From NCBI RefSeq assembly GCF_009914755.1, contig NC_060927.1: a DNA stretch of 64,000 bases; one strand, written 5' to 3'. Position numbers and translations under genes: made by a program. The notes below the pieces were generated by a model, which was not told the DNA's origin, did no database searches, and worked only from the letters and a program-made list of their open reading frames with translations. This document shows, piece by piece, positions 1-13,380 of this stretch; position 1 is the stretch's first letter, and every line of letters starts with the position of its first letter. Origin of the DNA: the human T2T-CHM13v2.0 reference genome, Homo sapiens.

Positions 1-149
1 TGTAGGCAGGGCCTCAGTTAACAGATGACAAAAATATTTCAACTTGAAACTTTATTTAACCAAGGCTTCATAGCTCTTTCCACATTAACCAGGATTACCA
101 CAAAGATATAGCGTAAGAGAACTAACATGAAAGTCAAAATATTTATATA

Positions 150-292
150 AGTCCCAGTTATGCCACTTGTCATCTGTGGAAGATAGAGCATTTCACTTCT
201 TTGAGCTCATTTTTTTTCTCATCTGTAAAATGGAAAGATAATACCTCACAAGGTAGTGATAAAAGTTACATAAAATAATGTATAGAAAACTG
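150..292 (+). mobile_element. MIR SINE fragment
   Basis: ctcatctgtaaaatgg..ataatacctcaca MIR core. Confidence 0.7.
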
Positions 293-1677
293 ATTTGTGA
301 GCTGCCAACACATAGCTGGCTGGGGGAAATTGAATGCCAGTCTTAGGAATCATTTAGACTCAGGGTTTGAAAAGGCAAGATTTAGAGTTAGAATTATGCA
401 TCCAACATTCTGTCATAACTGCATGTCTATATTGTGATAAGACTTCGGAAGAAAACCCATCAAATAATCTAAATAGCTCCATGAGCTGTGATGTTATACT
501 CTTACACTTCACAGACAGATGGTGTGTCTAAGATGGAAGAGACCTCAAGGATCATATTGTTTTCTTTTCTAGTGATGAGTCTGAGGCAAGAGAGGTGATA
601 CAACTTATCTAAGATCACAGAAACCACTGATAGCCAGGATAAGACCCATGCTTCTCAACTAACTCCCGGCTCAGGGCTCCTCTGCTGTATTACAGAACAT
701 TCCCCTGCTACTGAAAAAAGACATCTCATTCTGGCCAAGGAGTCATCATCTTTTTTTTGTTTAATTTCCGTTTCATAAAGCCAGAATAATTTCTGGTCCA
801 AAACTATTCTTTGCTGGCCTGGCTGATTTACCCAAACTGTTTTTCATTTTATCTTGCCCTGAAAACTAACATTTTTCTTTCTTTGGGGAAAAAAAAATGG
901 CAAAGCAATGGAAAACTTGTACTCATAACTTCAGCATTTCTAAGCCCTGAGGCGGGGAGAGGAGAGGTAGAAGTGGCTTCACACTGGCAAGGGAATTTTA
1001 GCTGGAGCACTTTGCAGCCTTGTAGCAATGGAGAACTTGTACTGTGTGAAGTCTGAGATTCAAAGTGACAGGAAATTTGCGTTTTTTGCTTTTTATGCCA
1101 CTGCTCCAACCTGCCATGGCACCTGTAGAAATCCCATTTTGATGATCTGGTCCTTACCATCTCCAATCCCATAATAACCACTTCCCAACTCCTTATGGAG
1201 GAGACTCTTGATAGAGGTCACTCTGACACCAGGTTGGGCAAGGAAAGAAAGTGAAATGAGAAAGGACTTCTCTTGACTCCCATGGTGGCTAGAGGAGCTG
1301 TTAGATGATTCAGAGCAGGGGACCTTGTGTACCGTCTTCAGCATTGACTCATTCAGGTACATTCTCCTTTGAGTGCAGAAGTGTGCTCTAGGGATGTATT
1401 AAATGGAGAGTGAAGATATGAACAAAGCTCTGATGATCTCCCATTCACATTCGGGGGCAGGAACTGTGCTTTCTTTATCTTAATATCCTTTGCACTTATC
1501 TCACTACTCTGCATATAGAAGAGTGCACAGTACAGTTCTGTTTGTGTGTGTGTGTTTAACTTATTGACATGTAGTTCACATAGCATATGCACAATACAGT
1601 TTTGCTGAATAAATACATCTGAAGGAAACAATGACTTCCTCAGACATCCAGCAGCCAGATTATCAAAAGCTAGCAGT

Positions 1678-2003
<326 letters not shown>

Positions 2004-2129
2004 TTATTGAGTCCCCCTACCCCCAACAAATACTCATCCATTTGCTTGTTGATAATCTTAATAAAGTTTTATTTTTCTTAAAGTTCTGATAATGAGCACA
2101 CAGATGTTCCCAAGACAAATAATAATTAT

Positions 2130-2350
2130 TAAACCTTTAATGAATGCATATTATGAGCCCATGCTATGTTAAGCATTTTGTGTGCCTTTCTCATTTATTC
2201 ATTACAACACCCCTTTGAAGGAAGCACTATTATTAACCTCATTTTATAGCTGAAGAAACTGAGGCTAAGAGAGGCCACACAATTTGTCCAAGCTCAAGAG
2301 AAAAGCAGGGAAAAGCAGGATCTAGATGAAGGTCTATAGATTCTGAAACC
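2130..2350 (-). mobile_element. MIR SINE
   Basis: cattttatagctgaagaaactgaggctaagagagg reverse MIR core. Confidence 0.75.
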
Positions 2351-2886
2351 TTTTTACATTTATCAAGAACTTTCCAATTCTCCTCAAGTGACCATTTACG
2401 CTTTAGAAAAAAACACAAAAATCTATACTTTCATCAAGGTAGAGGATGCTGATGCTTGAGATAGACCAAAGGAATTGTTAACATGGAAATATTTGCAGAG
2501 CCGAGAGGAAGAGAAGCTGGAACCCAGTAGAATGCTGGTGCTTTTCATGGTTTTACTGTGAACCAGTCTTGCAAGCAGAGATTATACAGATGAGGATACT
2601 TGGAGATTTTTTTCCACTGCCTCTCTCCAGAGTTTTAGAATGCCTCACATGAGTTTGACATGGCCATCTACAAAGCATTTCTCTGACTAGGATGAGAGCC
2701 AGCAAATAAATCCTTGTGTTTCCATTACAAATTGTTTTGAGAAAAGCTTCATACAATATTTGAAGTTGAAGGTGGAAAAAGGGGTTGCAATAAAAGAAGT
2801 GATGGCAAATGGACCTTTCAAAAGATTTTTGAAATGTGTACCTATTATATATAGGTATATAACATCTATTTAACATGTGCATATTT

Positions 2887-3175
2887 GGCCAGAAGCTGTG
2901 GCTCACAGCCGTAATCCCAGCACTGTGGGAGGCCTAGGTGGGGGGTTCACTTGAGTCCAGGAGTTTGAGACCAGCCTGAGCAACATGGCAAAACTTAGTT
3001 TTGACAAAAGTACAAAAATTATACGTGCATGGTGGCACACACCTATAGTTCCAGCTGCTCAGGAGGCCGAGGTGGGATGATCGCGTGAGCCCTGGAGGTG
3101 GCGGTTGCAGTTAGCTAGCAGTGATGGCACTACTTCACTCAAGCCTGGGTGACAGAGCAAGCCCCGATCTCAAAA
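2887..3175 (+). mobile_element. Alu (AluJ-type) followed by (CA)n/(TA)n tail to ~3240
   Basis: Diverged dimeric Alu; A tail replaced by CA microsatellite. Confidence 0.9.
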
Positions 3176-4170
3176 TGCACACACACACACACACACACAC
3201 ATACACATATACACACACGTATATTTACATATATATTCATATTTACCTTATTTATAATTTTCTATACTCCCAAGTATATCTTTTAACACCAGAATAATTT
3301 AGATAACACCAGAGAATCCACAGGCTTCATTCACACTAGAGATAAATGGACTTTGGCAATCACATATGGAAAGACCACAATCATTGCTCCAAATCGACAG
3401 AGATAATTGTGCCCTGAATATTTTTCTAAAGGGAAATAAAAACAAGAAAGCTTATTTCTAAAGGGAAAGAAAAACAAGAAAGGTTTAGGTTTAGGAGCCC
3501 AGAAAAGAATAAAAATAGCCATGAGCACAAAGTTCAATGGGTACAAGTTGAACAGCACTGTGGGACTTGCAGGTGAGGAGACTCAACCTACTCTCTTCTG
3601 AGCCATCTATACATTCCTCCCCCATAACCCTCCATACATTCCCAGCAGCATCCTGCACTGGAGACCTCCTAAAAATTTCAGATTCCTAGGCAACACCCAT
3701 AGCTTGGTGAACCTGAGAAAGTCAAATTGTTTCTTATTTTTGCAACATTGAGTAATCAATGCACACAGGAGCTTGGGGAGCCCACTGTATTTTCTGAAGT
3801 TAAAAAACAATGCTGTCTTGTTATGTTGTGAAGGTGTTGCGTTTACTTGCTGGAGACCTGAACTTGCTACAACTTGCTGTGCAATGGGTGGTAGATCAAG
3901 TGATGGTTTGTAACTTCTTCCCCATCTCTAAAATAGAGACACACAATGCTCACTTCAGTGACAAAGGAAAGGAAAGTAAAAGGATATAAAGCAATATGAG
4001 TATTTTGGAGGGAATAAACAATACACATAGAACACAAGTTCCACATTTTATTTAGGAAAACCAAACATATAGGCCATGTTTTGTCTACTGGTTTCCAGAA
4101 CTGTGTACCTGAGAGTGGATGACTTAAGCTTGAACTATCTCTTTTACAGAGTTGTGTTTATTTAAGTATC

Positions 4171-4565
4171 CAGGGGATCCCATGTCAGTTCTTTGGGGTG
4201 CTTATTCAAAACACAGATTCTCCAGCCTGGGCAATAGAGTAAGACCCCTTCCCTACAGAAAAATTTTAAAAATTAGCCTGGTGTAGTAGCATGTGCCTGT
4301 AGTCCCAGCTACTTGCGGGGCTGAGGTGGGAGGATCACGCTAGCCCAGGAGGTCAGGGCTGCAGTGAGCCTGTGATGGAGCCATTGCATTCCAGCCTGGA
4401 CTCTGTTTCAAACTAAACAAAAGAAAACAGATTATCAGGCCACCGTCTACACCTTCTACACTGAGATAATGGAATCATAATATTCGAGTTATGGAGCTTG
4501 AGTGTCTTGTTTTTAATAGTCTCTCCAGGTGATTCTTATGTACAATGAAGTTAAAGAACCATTGT
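4171..4565. mobile_element. MER5A-like hAT-Charlie element interrupted by a 5'-truncated AluJ (~4221-4425, +)
   Basis: tttttaatagtctctccaggtgattcttatgtaca..agaaccattg MER5 end; Alu flanked by aaaacacagatt / aaaacagatt. Confidence 0.7.
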
Positions 4566-6418
4566 ACATCTTCTAAGGCAGGAACCAAAATACATTCATC
4601 ACTGTAGCCTTTCAGTGTATTAAATATAATAGGTGGCCAAGTAACATCCTTTGAGGAAACAAAGGCATAAAGAGAGAAATTGTTTCATCCTTGATCCTTC
4701 TCATAGCATGTTTTTATAATCAGGGGCCTTGGTGAGCTGTGTCTAGGGTGAGTAAGCCAAGCTTTAAGCTATACCTCCTGATGGGGAGGGAGCTTTAGAC
4801 ACAGGAAATGCCCCTTTCAAAATGATCCAGAAAGACTTTCAAGGAAAGCCTCCCGGGAGCTAATTAAGGAGCCAGAGGCAGACAGTCTGCTGAATTAGAT
4901 CTTTGGTAAGCCACTGAACTCAAAGATGAAAATCTTAGACCAGGAATAGCCATGAAAACCCCTGAGGCTGAAGGGATATAGGCTGGTAGCCAAAGGTCAA
5001 ACAGATCATGGTCAGTAAACTGGTAGCTAGAGGGGAAAAGGAAGCCACATGTCCAGCTTCTACAAAGCATTAAGCTTCTGTACAAAGCATTAAGCTTCTG
5101 TGCAAAGCATGAGAGAATATTGGGACTTGAGACACTTCTGAGTCTAACTTTAGTGAACACTGGGTGATGGGGGCCCGGGAAAGAGGGGGCAGGATGGGTG
5201 TTAACAGACAAGAAATGCCTAAGCAGTAAAGTGCAAAACTCAGTGCTGTTGGCTCCCTAGTTTTAAGAGGACTTTGGCCATTTCTGGGTTTGGTCCCTTG
5301 GAAAAAAACACCTGAGGCTTCCACAGGGCAAGGTGGAAACAGGCCTCCCTGAAGAGTTAATTGTTACAAATTGCTTCTTATGATGATTGTGTAATTACAT
5401 TTTCTGTACTAACCTTATGTATTTAAGGAGCATTATAGTACAGCCCCTAGTAAACTATGTTTCGTGCTGATTTCCCACATACCTCCACATGCTGTGATAT
5501 TTTCCAAACAATTTATGTTCTTTGTCAGCTTTTAGTTTGGTGAAAACTTTGAAAAATCCAATGTTAAAACTTCCTAGGACAAGAGTTGTGCAAATGGCAG
5601 GGGACCTGCGGCAGCCTGATCACATTTCTTGCTTCATCCACTGCTTCACTTGACAATATGGGAGTTGAGCCAGAGTGAGTGATGTAACTGCTCTGAAATA
5701 AATGGTGGAGTCCCAGTTTCCTTCTGCATGCTAATGGATCATCCTTGACCTCAGTTCTCTAAAACCCTTGAAGAGCATCAAAGAAATCCCTGAAAGGGTA
5801 GGGAGTCCCCAGAATCCCTTTAAGATGCAAACAATCAAGCTTAGTGTTGCAGAAACCATACAGATCATAGCCAACTACTGCCAAATAAAGCAGCAAATCC
5901 CTCTAATTAGAAAGGCCAATTAAAGAATTAAAGGGGAAATTGTGAATCCCTTATCATGGATGATAAAGAATGTCTCTCTTCTTTCTTTGATGTTAATCAT
6001 CTGTGTGGTATTGTCCTGGGTTAAGTACCCTCAGGACTCTTTATGAGTAGCACTATGACAGAGTGTGAGTCAGCCGGAGCGACACAACTCGAGAGAGAGA
6101 CAGGGCAATCTAAACCTGAGCGAGAGACGGGGCAATCTAAACTTGTTGGGTGTGTGCTCTTTTTTTCTTTTCTCTGCTTATCTGCGTCTCAAATATGTTT
6201 GCTCAGTCTTTTAAACCAATGGCTTCTGAGAATCGTTGTTTTCCTATAGATGGGAGAGTAGTAGATGAGAACACAGGATAGGTTTGTCAGTCTAGGACCT
6301 GCTGGTGGTGAGTAAAACAAAGAGATAATTAAACCATCATAGGTAGGTGTACTTGTTCACCTTGGTGCAGCTTCCTAATTCATATTCCTGACTTAGAACT
6401 TAAGAAGATTCTTCCTAT

Positions 6419-7145
6419 TGAAACTGTCTTTGCAAAAATTATAACTGAGAAAACAATGACAGTGAAAGATATCTGACCTAACTGACTCCATCTTGCTTCT
6501 AACCTCCAAGCTGTCCTTGTTTACCCCTGGGCATAGGGTTAACTAACTTTGGGAGGAACTTAGTTTATAGTTTAACTTTGAAACAAAGATGGTAACAGCC
6601 CTTTCCCAAAACAAACCCCCTTCCTGCCTGGGGACTAGACTGCTTTTGAAGGACTAACAAATTAGCCACGAGATTAGAGATTATAGTTTAGGAATCATGC
6701 AGCCAGAGGCTGCAAAATTCTGAACCTCTCCAAATTGCTCCTGTGGATAACATCACTATGGTAAAACCTAAGATCAGTGAGTGAGCTATTTTGCAGACCC
6801 TGTACGCAATGGATCAGCTGGTACCATCCAGATCGGTAAACTGACTCATCTGGTGTTGTGGTCCCCACCTGGGAACTGACTCAGTGCAAGAGGATGGGTT
6901 CAACTCCCTATGATTTCGTCACTGACCCAACCAATCAGCACTCCCAACTCACCGGTCCCATCCCCCTAATTATCCTTAAAAACTCTGATCCCTGAATTCT
7001 CTGGGAGACTGATTTGAGTAATAATAAAACTCCCGTCTCCTGTATAGCCAGCTCTGTTGAATTAAACTCTCTATTGCAATTCCCCTGGCTTGATAAATTA
7101 GCTCCGTCTAGGCAGTAGGCAAGGAGAACCCGTTGGGCCATTACA
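6419..7145 (+). mobile_element. Solo ERV1 LTR, LTR8/LTR8A-like
   Basis: TG...CA termini, 727 bp, 4-bp TSD CTAT (6415-6418 / 7146-7149), start TGAAACTGTCTTTGCAAAAATTATAACTGAG. Confidence 0.88.
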
Positions 7146-7289
7146 CTATTGACTCTATTTGGGTTCACAAATAGAAAAATGTACTAAATTGTCTTATAAG
7201 GGATGTAAAAAGAAAATATTCATTTGAGATATTGGAATGATACAAACCTCTGTCTTTGAACGACTTTTCGTTATGTAACATTGACTGAG

Positions 7290-7530
7290 AGGCTTACTGA
7301 ATACCAACCACTGTACTGGTCTGTGTGTTTTCCCTGAATTGTCTCATTTTATACTCACAATGACTTTTAGGATATGTTTCCTTTAGGGTATTATTTTCAT
7401 TTGACAGATGAGAAAACTGAGGCCTAGAAAGGATAAGTAATTTGCCTAAGGGTACAAATCTAGTAAGTAGCAGAGGAGGAACTTGTCCTAGGCAATAAAA
7501 TTCTAGTTAGTTAATACATTATGCTACCCT
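7290..7530 (-). mobile_element. MIR SINE
   Basis: catttgacagatgagaaaactgaggcctagaaaggataagtaatttgcc. Confidence 0.75.
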
Positions 7531-8199
7531 TAATAACATTGCCTTTGTAATGTGTTTAACATAAAGTCCTATTTATATGTGAGGTATTCTTCTTCTTATT
7601 ATTAATATACATTTGGTTTTCGAAGCCATTGAGATGATACAACAGACGTATTAAAATGTAGACACACGAGAAAATATAAAACAAATTAACATGTTTCTAG
7701 TAATATCTTCTTTAAGCCCAATCATTGAGGGGTAGACCTGGCTGTAGCTTCTTCTTATCTTTCATGTATCTTTAAAAAATAAAGTAGATTCTTTTGACCT
7801 ATCCCCTGAATTTTTATTACAACCTACCAAATATGAAAGAATATACAGTTAAGGGTAAAAGAGAAAGGATTAATATAAACAAAGCTATTTATAATATTAT
7901 TCAATGCTTTCCTTAAATCATTTGAAAGATTCTACATGAAGCTATAATGATATGATTTTCTTTGAAACAAATTGCTTATTTTCTTGATTCTTAGATGCAA
8001 ATTTCTTCACATCTTGATGTTTTTTAAACTAGTAGATGCCTTATAATCAATGTGAACACTTAATGTGGAGTTTTTTACCCTCCTTCCACCCTCCAAGAAG
8101 CTATTATTAAAACTATGGTGCATCTTAGTATCTTAAAATAGAAGAAATGCAGTAGTATTTTACAATTTTGTTAAGATTTATAATACTAGGCCTGCCAAT

Positions 8200-8338
8200 A
8201 TAGATCACCCACTGTTTGACTACACGGACAATTAAATTTGTCCAAACTGGCACTTAACCACAACAGAAGAAACAGTAAATATCTTTTAAAATCTAATTTT
8301 ATGTCTAGATTTGGGTTTGTAAATACCATTCCCTCATT

Positions 8339-8388
<50 letters not shown>

Positions 8389-9545
8389 GACTGCTTCTAG
8401 GGTTGGGGCAAGGAAAATACAAGATGAACTTAGAATATCTTACGGTGCTACAAAGTAAAGAAGTAATTTTTTTTTAAACGAAAGATGTCGACCTGTTAAA
8501 AGGACATAATGACCAACTTGAAAGGGCTCTCTCTGATCAAATCTGTGATGATTTGTGCATTGAAATGCATAATTATGGTAATTTATTATAACCCATTGAA
8601 TAAGAACCAATGAGTTCATATTGATAATAAGGAAATATGTAAGTAAACAAGAGGGGAGAAAGGAAAACCCTTACAGTAGCATGTTACATCATAAATGTGG
8701 AAAGAATAATAGAATTTAAAAATCACCATTTTTCAGTCATCCATGGAAATCAGGTAAGAATCATCAACGGGTGCTACAAGAATTGCTGAAAGTTTGATTA
8801 GAAAAAGAATATTTATATAATCTCAAAACCTCTCTCCACAAACTTTGTTAACAAAAAGGAGAAAATGGTAACCTTACAATGAAAATACCTGACACACAGC
8901 ACCTCAACCAAGCAATCACAGTTTACATCACCAGCAATGGGACAGTCTGACACCATGTCCCTCTTCATGTCATGCACTAGGAAGGACGCAGCATTTCTCA
9001 CACACCATACCTGCTGAAAACGCATCACCTGCTGAAAGTGCATCTCCTGCAAGGGAACATGAAGAAATATCAAACTCCAAACAGCTGGCCTGTACTTTTC
9101 TAACGAAGCCAATGTCATAAAAGACAAAGACTGAAAAACTGTTCCAGATTAAAGGAGACCAAAGACATACGACAACTAATTGAAATGTATTATCCTGGAT
9201 TGGATTCTAAATTGGGAATGGGACAGGAAGGATTACCCTAATAGTGAAAGTTCATACAGTGACTCTTATAATATATAATAGTACTGAATAAATATCAAAT
9301 GTTCTCAGTTAAATAATTCCACTATGTTTATGTAAAAGCATGTCCTTATTCTTAAGAAATATTGAAGTATTTGGGAGTAAAAGGGCCTGATTTATACAAC
9401 TTAATCACAAATACTTTGAGAGAGAAAAGGGAAATGTAAAATGTTAACAATCAGTAAATTTGAATTAATAAAATACAAGAGCTACTTTTATTGTTCTTGA
9501 AACTTTTTGGTATTTGAAATTATTTCAAAATAACGAGCTAAAAAT
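8200..9545 (+). mobile_element. Old L1 3' end (L1MC-type) containing a (CA)n at 8341-8385
   Basis: aactgttccagattaaaggagacc..gacaactaattgaaatg..atcctggattggat and tttgaaattatttcaaaataa L1MC 3'UTR motifs. Confidence 0.75.
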
Positions 9546-10407
9546 TTTTTTAAACCTATGTGTATTCTGTTTGAATGGATTTTCAACATAATTTTTGAAG
9601 CATTTTTGCCAATGGGTTTTGATAGAGGCCAACCCGGAAATTTGTAGTTAAGAAGTAATAAATAAATAAACTTAATTTCTAAGTTAACATTCAGCCCCAG
9701 GTTTCAAAAGAAGTTCTTATGTAGAGGAAAGTTGTTAGATGGAAATTATTTGGAAAAAGGATTTTACATATATCTTTGCAGTCATGTTGTATGACTGTTT
9801 TATAATACACTTTCAGAATTAGGAACAAAAAAAATCACCATTTTGAAATTTAAAGAATTTGAAGAGAAAACAGAACAATGGAAATATTAAATGGTATGGG
9901 TGCCAAGCAAAATGGAGTAAAGTTTTTTCAAAGGTCTTTGATGACAAGCCAAACACGGAAAAGCGAAACTGTATATAAATTTTATCCCTTAAAAAAATTT
10001 CTGGATGAATTGTTTTTCAATTCTCCAGGGCTTGAATCAGAATTAAATTAAACATACATTGATAATAGTTAAGAGTTACATATTGGTGTCTTATTATATC
10101 ATGTATTTATATTTCTTTAGAATATACCTGTTTGTATTCCTTCAAGTAGTTTATTATTTTTGTATACCATTTCTCATTAGTGGACTGATCAACTTTGCTG
10201 TCATGCTAAAGTTCAATTTTAAAGGAAAGACAAGTTGACTATAGAATATACAATAACCCAGGCCCTCAATTACTCATGATCATAGTCCAGAGAAAGTTAC
10301 CTAATTTATTTGAAAGTTGCAAAGTGATTGCTTTGGAATCCAAGTCCACATAAAGGGAGAAATGCCATTGATATAGTTGCTTTTCCTTATAAATGTGTTC
10401 CCCACAT

Positions 10408-10566
10408 CAGAGATGCCAAATAGATTTGATCTGACATGTCAATTTCAGTTCATTTATTATGGCTGCTTAAGACTCTGTGTTCCAAAAGATTGGGAGGTTA
10501 CTTGAGTACTGCAAAGTAAGGATCCCTGATGGAGCGTGGCAGTGTGTCTCCTCTTTGCAATCCCTG
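10408..10566. mobile_element. MER117-like hAT MITE
   Basis: Imperfect TIRs CAGAGATGCCAAA / TTTGCAATCCCTG; internal similarity to recalled consensus. Confidence 0.55.
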
Positions 10567-11569
10567 CCCTCACATGTAATAGATGATTGTCAGCTACCCC
10601 TAATTGAGGGTGTTCCTCGCTTTGTCTAGCACATGTCTCAGGGGCACATTTTTAACTAATATCTTGAAAGATTAATGCTGGTATATACAGCAAAACTTTA
10701 CTTTTGGTTCTTTTCACTAACAAGGATTATAATGGGTGTCTCTGGGACCTCTGGAGCAGCTGACATTTTTTAAACAATATATTAGATTATAGAGATGTGT
10801 TCCCCTTCTACCCTCTTGGTAAAACCATTTTAGTTATCCATGGCAGTCAGGTAAGAATCATCAATGGGTGCTATAACAATTGGTGAAAGTTTGATAAGAA
10901 ACAGGATATTTATGTAACCTCAAAATCTCTCTTTACAGACTTTGTTAACATAAGGAGAAAAAGGTAACTTCACAATGACACAGCCCCTCACACAGCACCA
11001 CACACAGCATTTAAAGCTACAGTTTTCAAACTGAAATGGTTAGAATCATAAGAATACCAAATACTTAATAGGATAATGAGGCTGACCTTCACACAGGCAT
11101 TAGTTAGTCCTGAATTAGAGCTCCAAATTACAAAATCATCAATCTACAAGTAGTTATTGAGTCCTAACTATGTGGAAAGTATTGTGCTAGCTGCTTTAGA
11201 GGAAGCACAATTAAGTAAAATTGTTCTCCTGCTCTCCTGGAGCTCAGCTCTACTTGGGAAGATAATATATTCACAGAAATAGCTGTGATACAGGCAATAC
11301 ATTCTCAGGGTCATGGGAGTGGTAGAGGATGAGGACCAGTGAGCAGTGGCTATCTCTCCTTTCTGCATATCTCTGGACCCAGCTCCGTTATTAAGAGAGA
11401 ATTGAAGGCAACAGATTATCAGCCCTGGAAGGAGTCCTCTAACATCACAAATACAAAAGCCAGACTCAGAGAGGTTGTTATTTGATGAGAAGCACATGTT
11501 ATAATTCAGGTCTCCTGCTTTTTCTGATGTAAATAGTGAATTTCTCCTAGTCTGGTTTCTTAAGGCAGC

Positions 11570-11950
11570 TGTGGGGTGGTGGAAAGGGCGTGGGACAGGA
11601 ATGGATTCTCATTAATTACAGCTATGATACTTAATCCTGTGCTAACTTAATTTTCTAATTGTAAAAATGAGGATAATACTATGTAGTTTGCATCTTATGC
11701 CTCATGGGTTGGTTAGGAGAGTCATGTGAGACTGCGTGAAAGTACTTTGAAAATAATTAAGTGCTATAAAGACATAGAGGATTATTAATAGCATCTGACA
11801 TTTAATAAGTGCTTATGATGTGCCAGGCATTGTGCTGGCAGTTTATATTCATTAGCCTAGTTAACTCTTCTGCAACCCTCTGAGGTAGATGCTGCTATCA
11901 ACATTTTATTGAGGAGGAAACTCAGCTTTACATCAATTATTTGCATAAGA
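11570..11950. mobile_element. Two MIRs tail-to-tail (+ ~11570-11788, - ~11790-11950)
   Basis: gtaaaaatgaggataata on +, then catttaataagtgcttatgatgtgccaggc..gaggaaactcag reverse. Confidence 0.65.
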
Positions 11951-13159
11951 GTAATTGTCCCAAAGAGATTTCAGACTTGAGCAACCATATTCTACAGTCC
12001 CCACATAATCATTTTTCTCGTCAATTATTATGGAAGATGCCAAAAGGCTGAGTGACCATTGTCTACAGATGGACAAGAACAAACCCTGCTCATTCTCCTA
12101 ATGATGACCAGATTTATACTTGGGGTCAGAATGGGGTTAAAAACCAAGCACCTTGCTGGGGATGGAGGGGGGCAAAAGTGGGTGGAGAAGGTAAGCCTTG
12201 GAAAAAAGAACATTTCTCAGGAGACTCACTAAATCCCTTTCCTTCATGTATGCATGAACATGCACACTCCTGCCTTGGGTATTTAACCAAGCTAATTTCA
12301 CACTAATATTGAAGGCTTGCTACAAAGGCACTGATTATTCCATTAGCCACCCTTGGTAACAAGCTGAGGAATTATAGCTTCAACTGCTCTCTTCCTGCTC
12401 AAAGCCCAATGGGACTGCCTCACATTCTCTTCCTTGCCATGGATTCAATGGAAGTTCCCTGGTCAATGAACCAGGCCACTTGAGGACAAAGTTTGAAGCC
12501 AAAGCTGGGGAACCTGGGGAGCCAGCAGCTGATTCTGGGAATCTTGGCTTCTGTTTATAAAGGTGAATCCAAATTCTGCTCTCACTCTCCAAAATTCTCT
12601 AGCAAAAGCCTCAGGCTGAGAGCAAAAGGTGAAATGAGACTTAGAAATAAAACCCCAGAGGATGTGTGCCTGCATCTTGTGCAGAAGCAGAAAGAAGAAG
12701 AGAATAGACTGAAGGGGGAGGGGCGCTATATTTGATGTTGGAGCGTCAGCATTTCCCAGCTAGGAGAGAGCCTGGCTGGCATTGAGAGAGCATCTCCCAC
12801 AAGGCTGCCCTGTCCTCACCCTAATATCTCCTGGAGCTCAGGGCCCCAGCGAGAACTAGCAATCATGCTAATTGCATGCTGGCTGGAGAAGCAGTAGCTA
12901 GAGAAGAAAGTCATTGTGCGATGAAGTAAATGCCTCAGTGCTGCCCAGTTTGAAGAGAAATATTTGCAGATTCTGGTTAGGCCAGTGTGAATAGCATAGG
13001 GACATCATCTGTTCTTTCTTGCCAACCCCTCCCTAATCCGTTCCAGAAAAATAATGCAGCAGAGGAGATGGGAGGGACTTGGGGTCTTCTGACTTCTTTC
13101 CTAAAAGCCAAGAGTCCTCCCAAATGTATACTGAAGCTCACTGCCCTTTAATTTGATTT

Positions 13160-13380
13160 ATTATGTATTAGGCACTGTGCCAATCACTCAGTATACATCA
13201 TCTTATTTAATCTTCACAACACTCCTAAGAAATAAGTGTTATTATCCCTTTTTGCAGATGAAGGAAATTAAGGGTCAGAAAGATTCAGTAACTTGCAGCA
13301 AGTAATATAGATACAAAGAAATGAATTAGGGTCAGAACCCATTTTCTCTAACTCCAGAGCTCGAGCACTTATCCCTACAG
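13160..13380 (-). mobile_element. MIR SINE
   Basis: atcttatttaatcttcacaac..tttttgcagatgaaggaaattaagg. Confidence 0.75.

Noticed and set aside
3423-3482. 28-bp direct duplication (period 32); also 14-bp x3 at ~34519-34558
   Set aside because: Ordinary slippage duplications; no repeat-spacer organisation, so not CRISPR-like
5690-5725. Faint resemblance to LF-SINE (tgaaataaatggtggagtcccagtttcc)
   Set aside because: Too short and gapped to support without an HMM search
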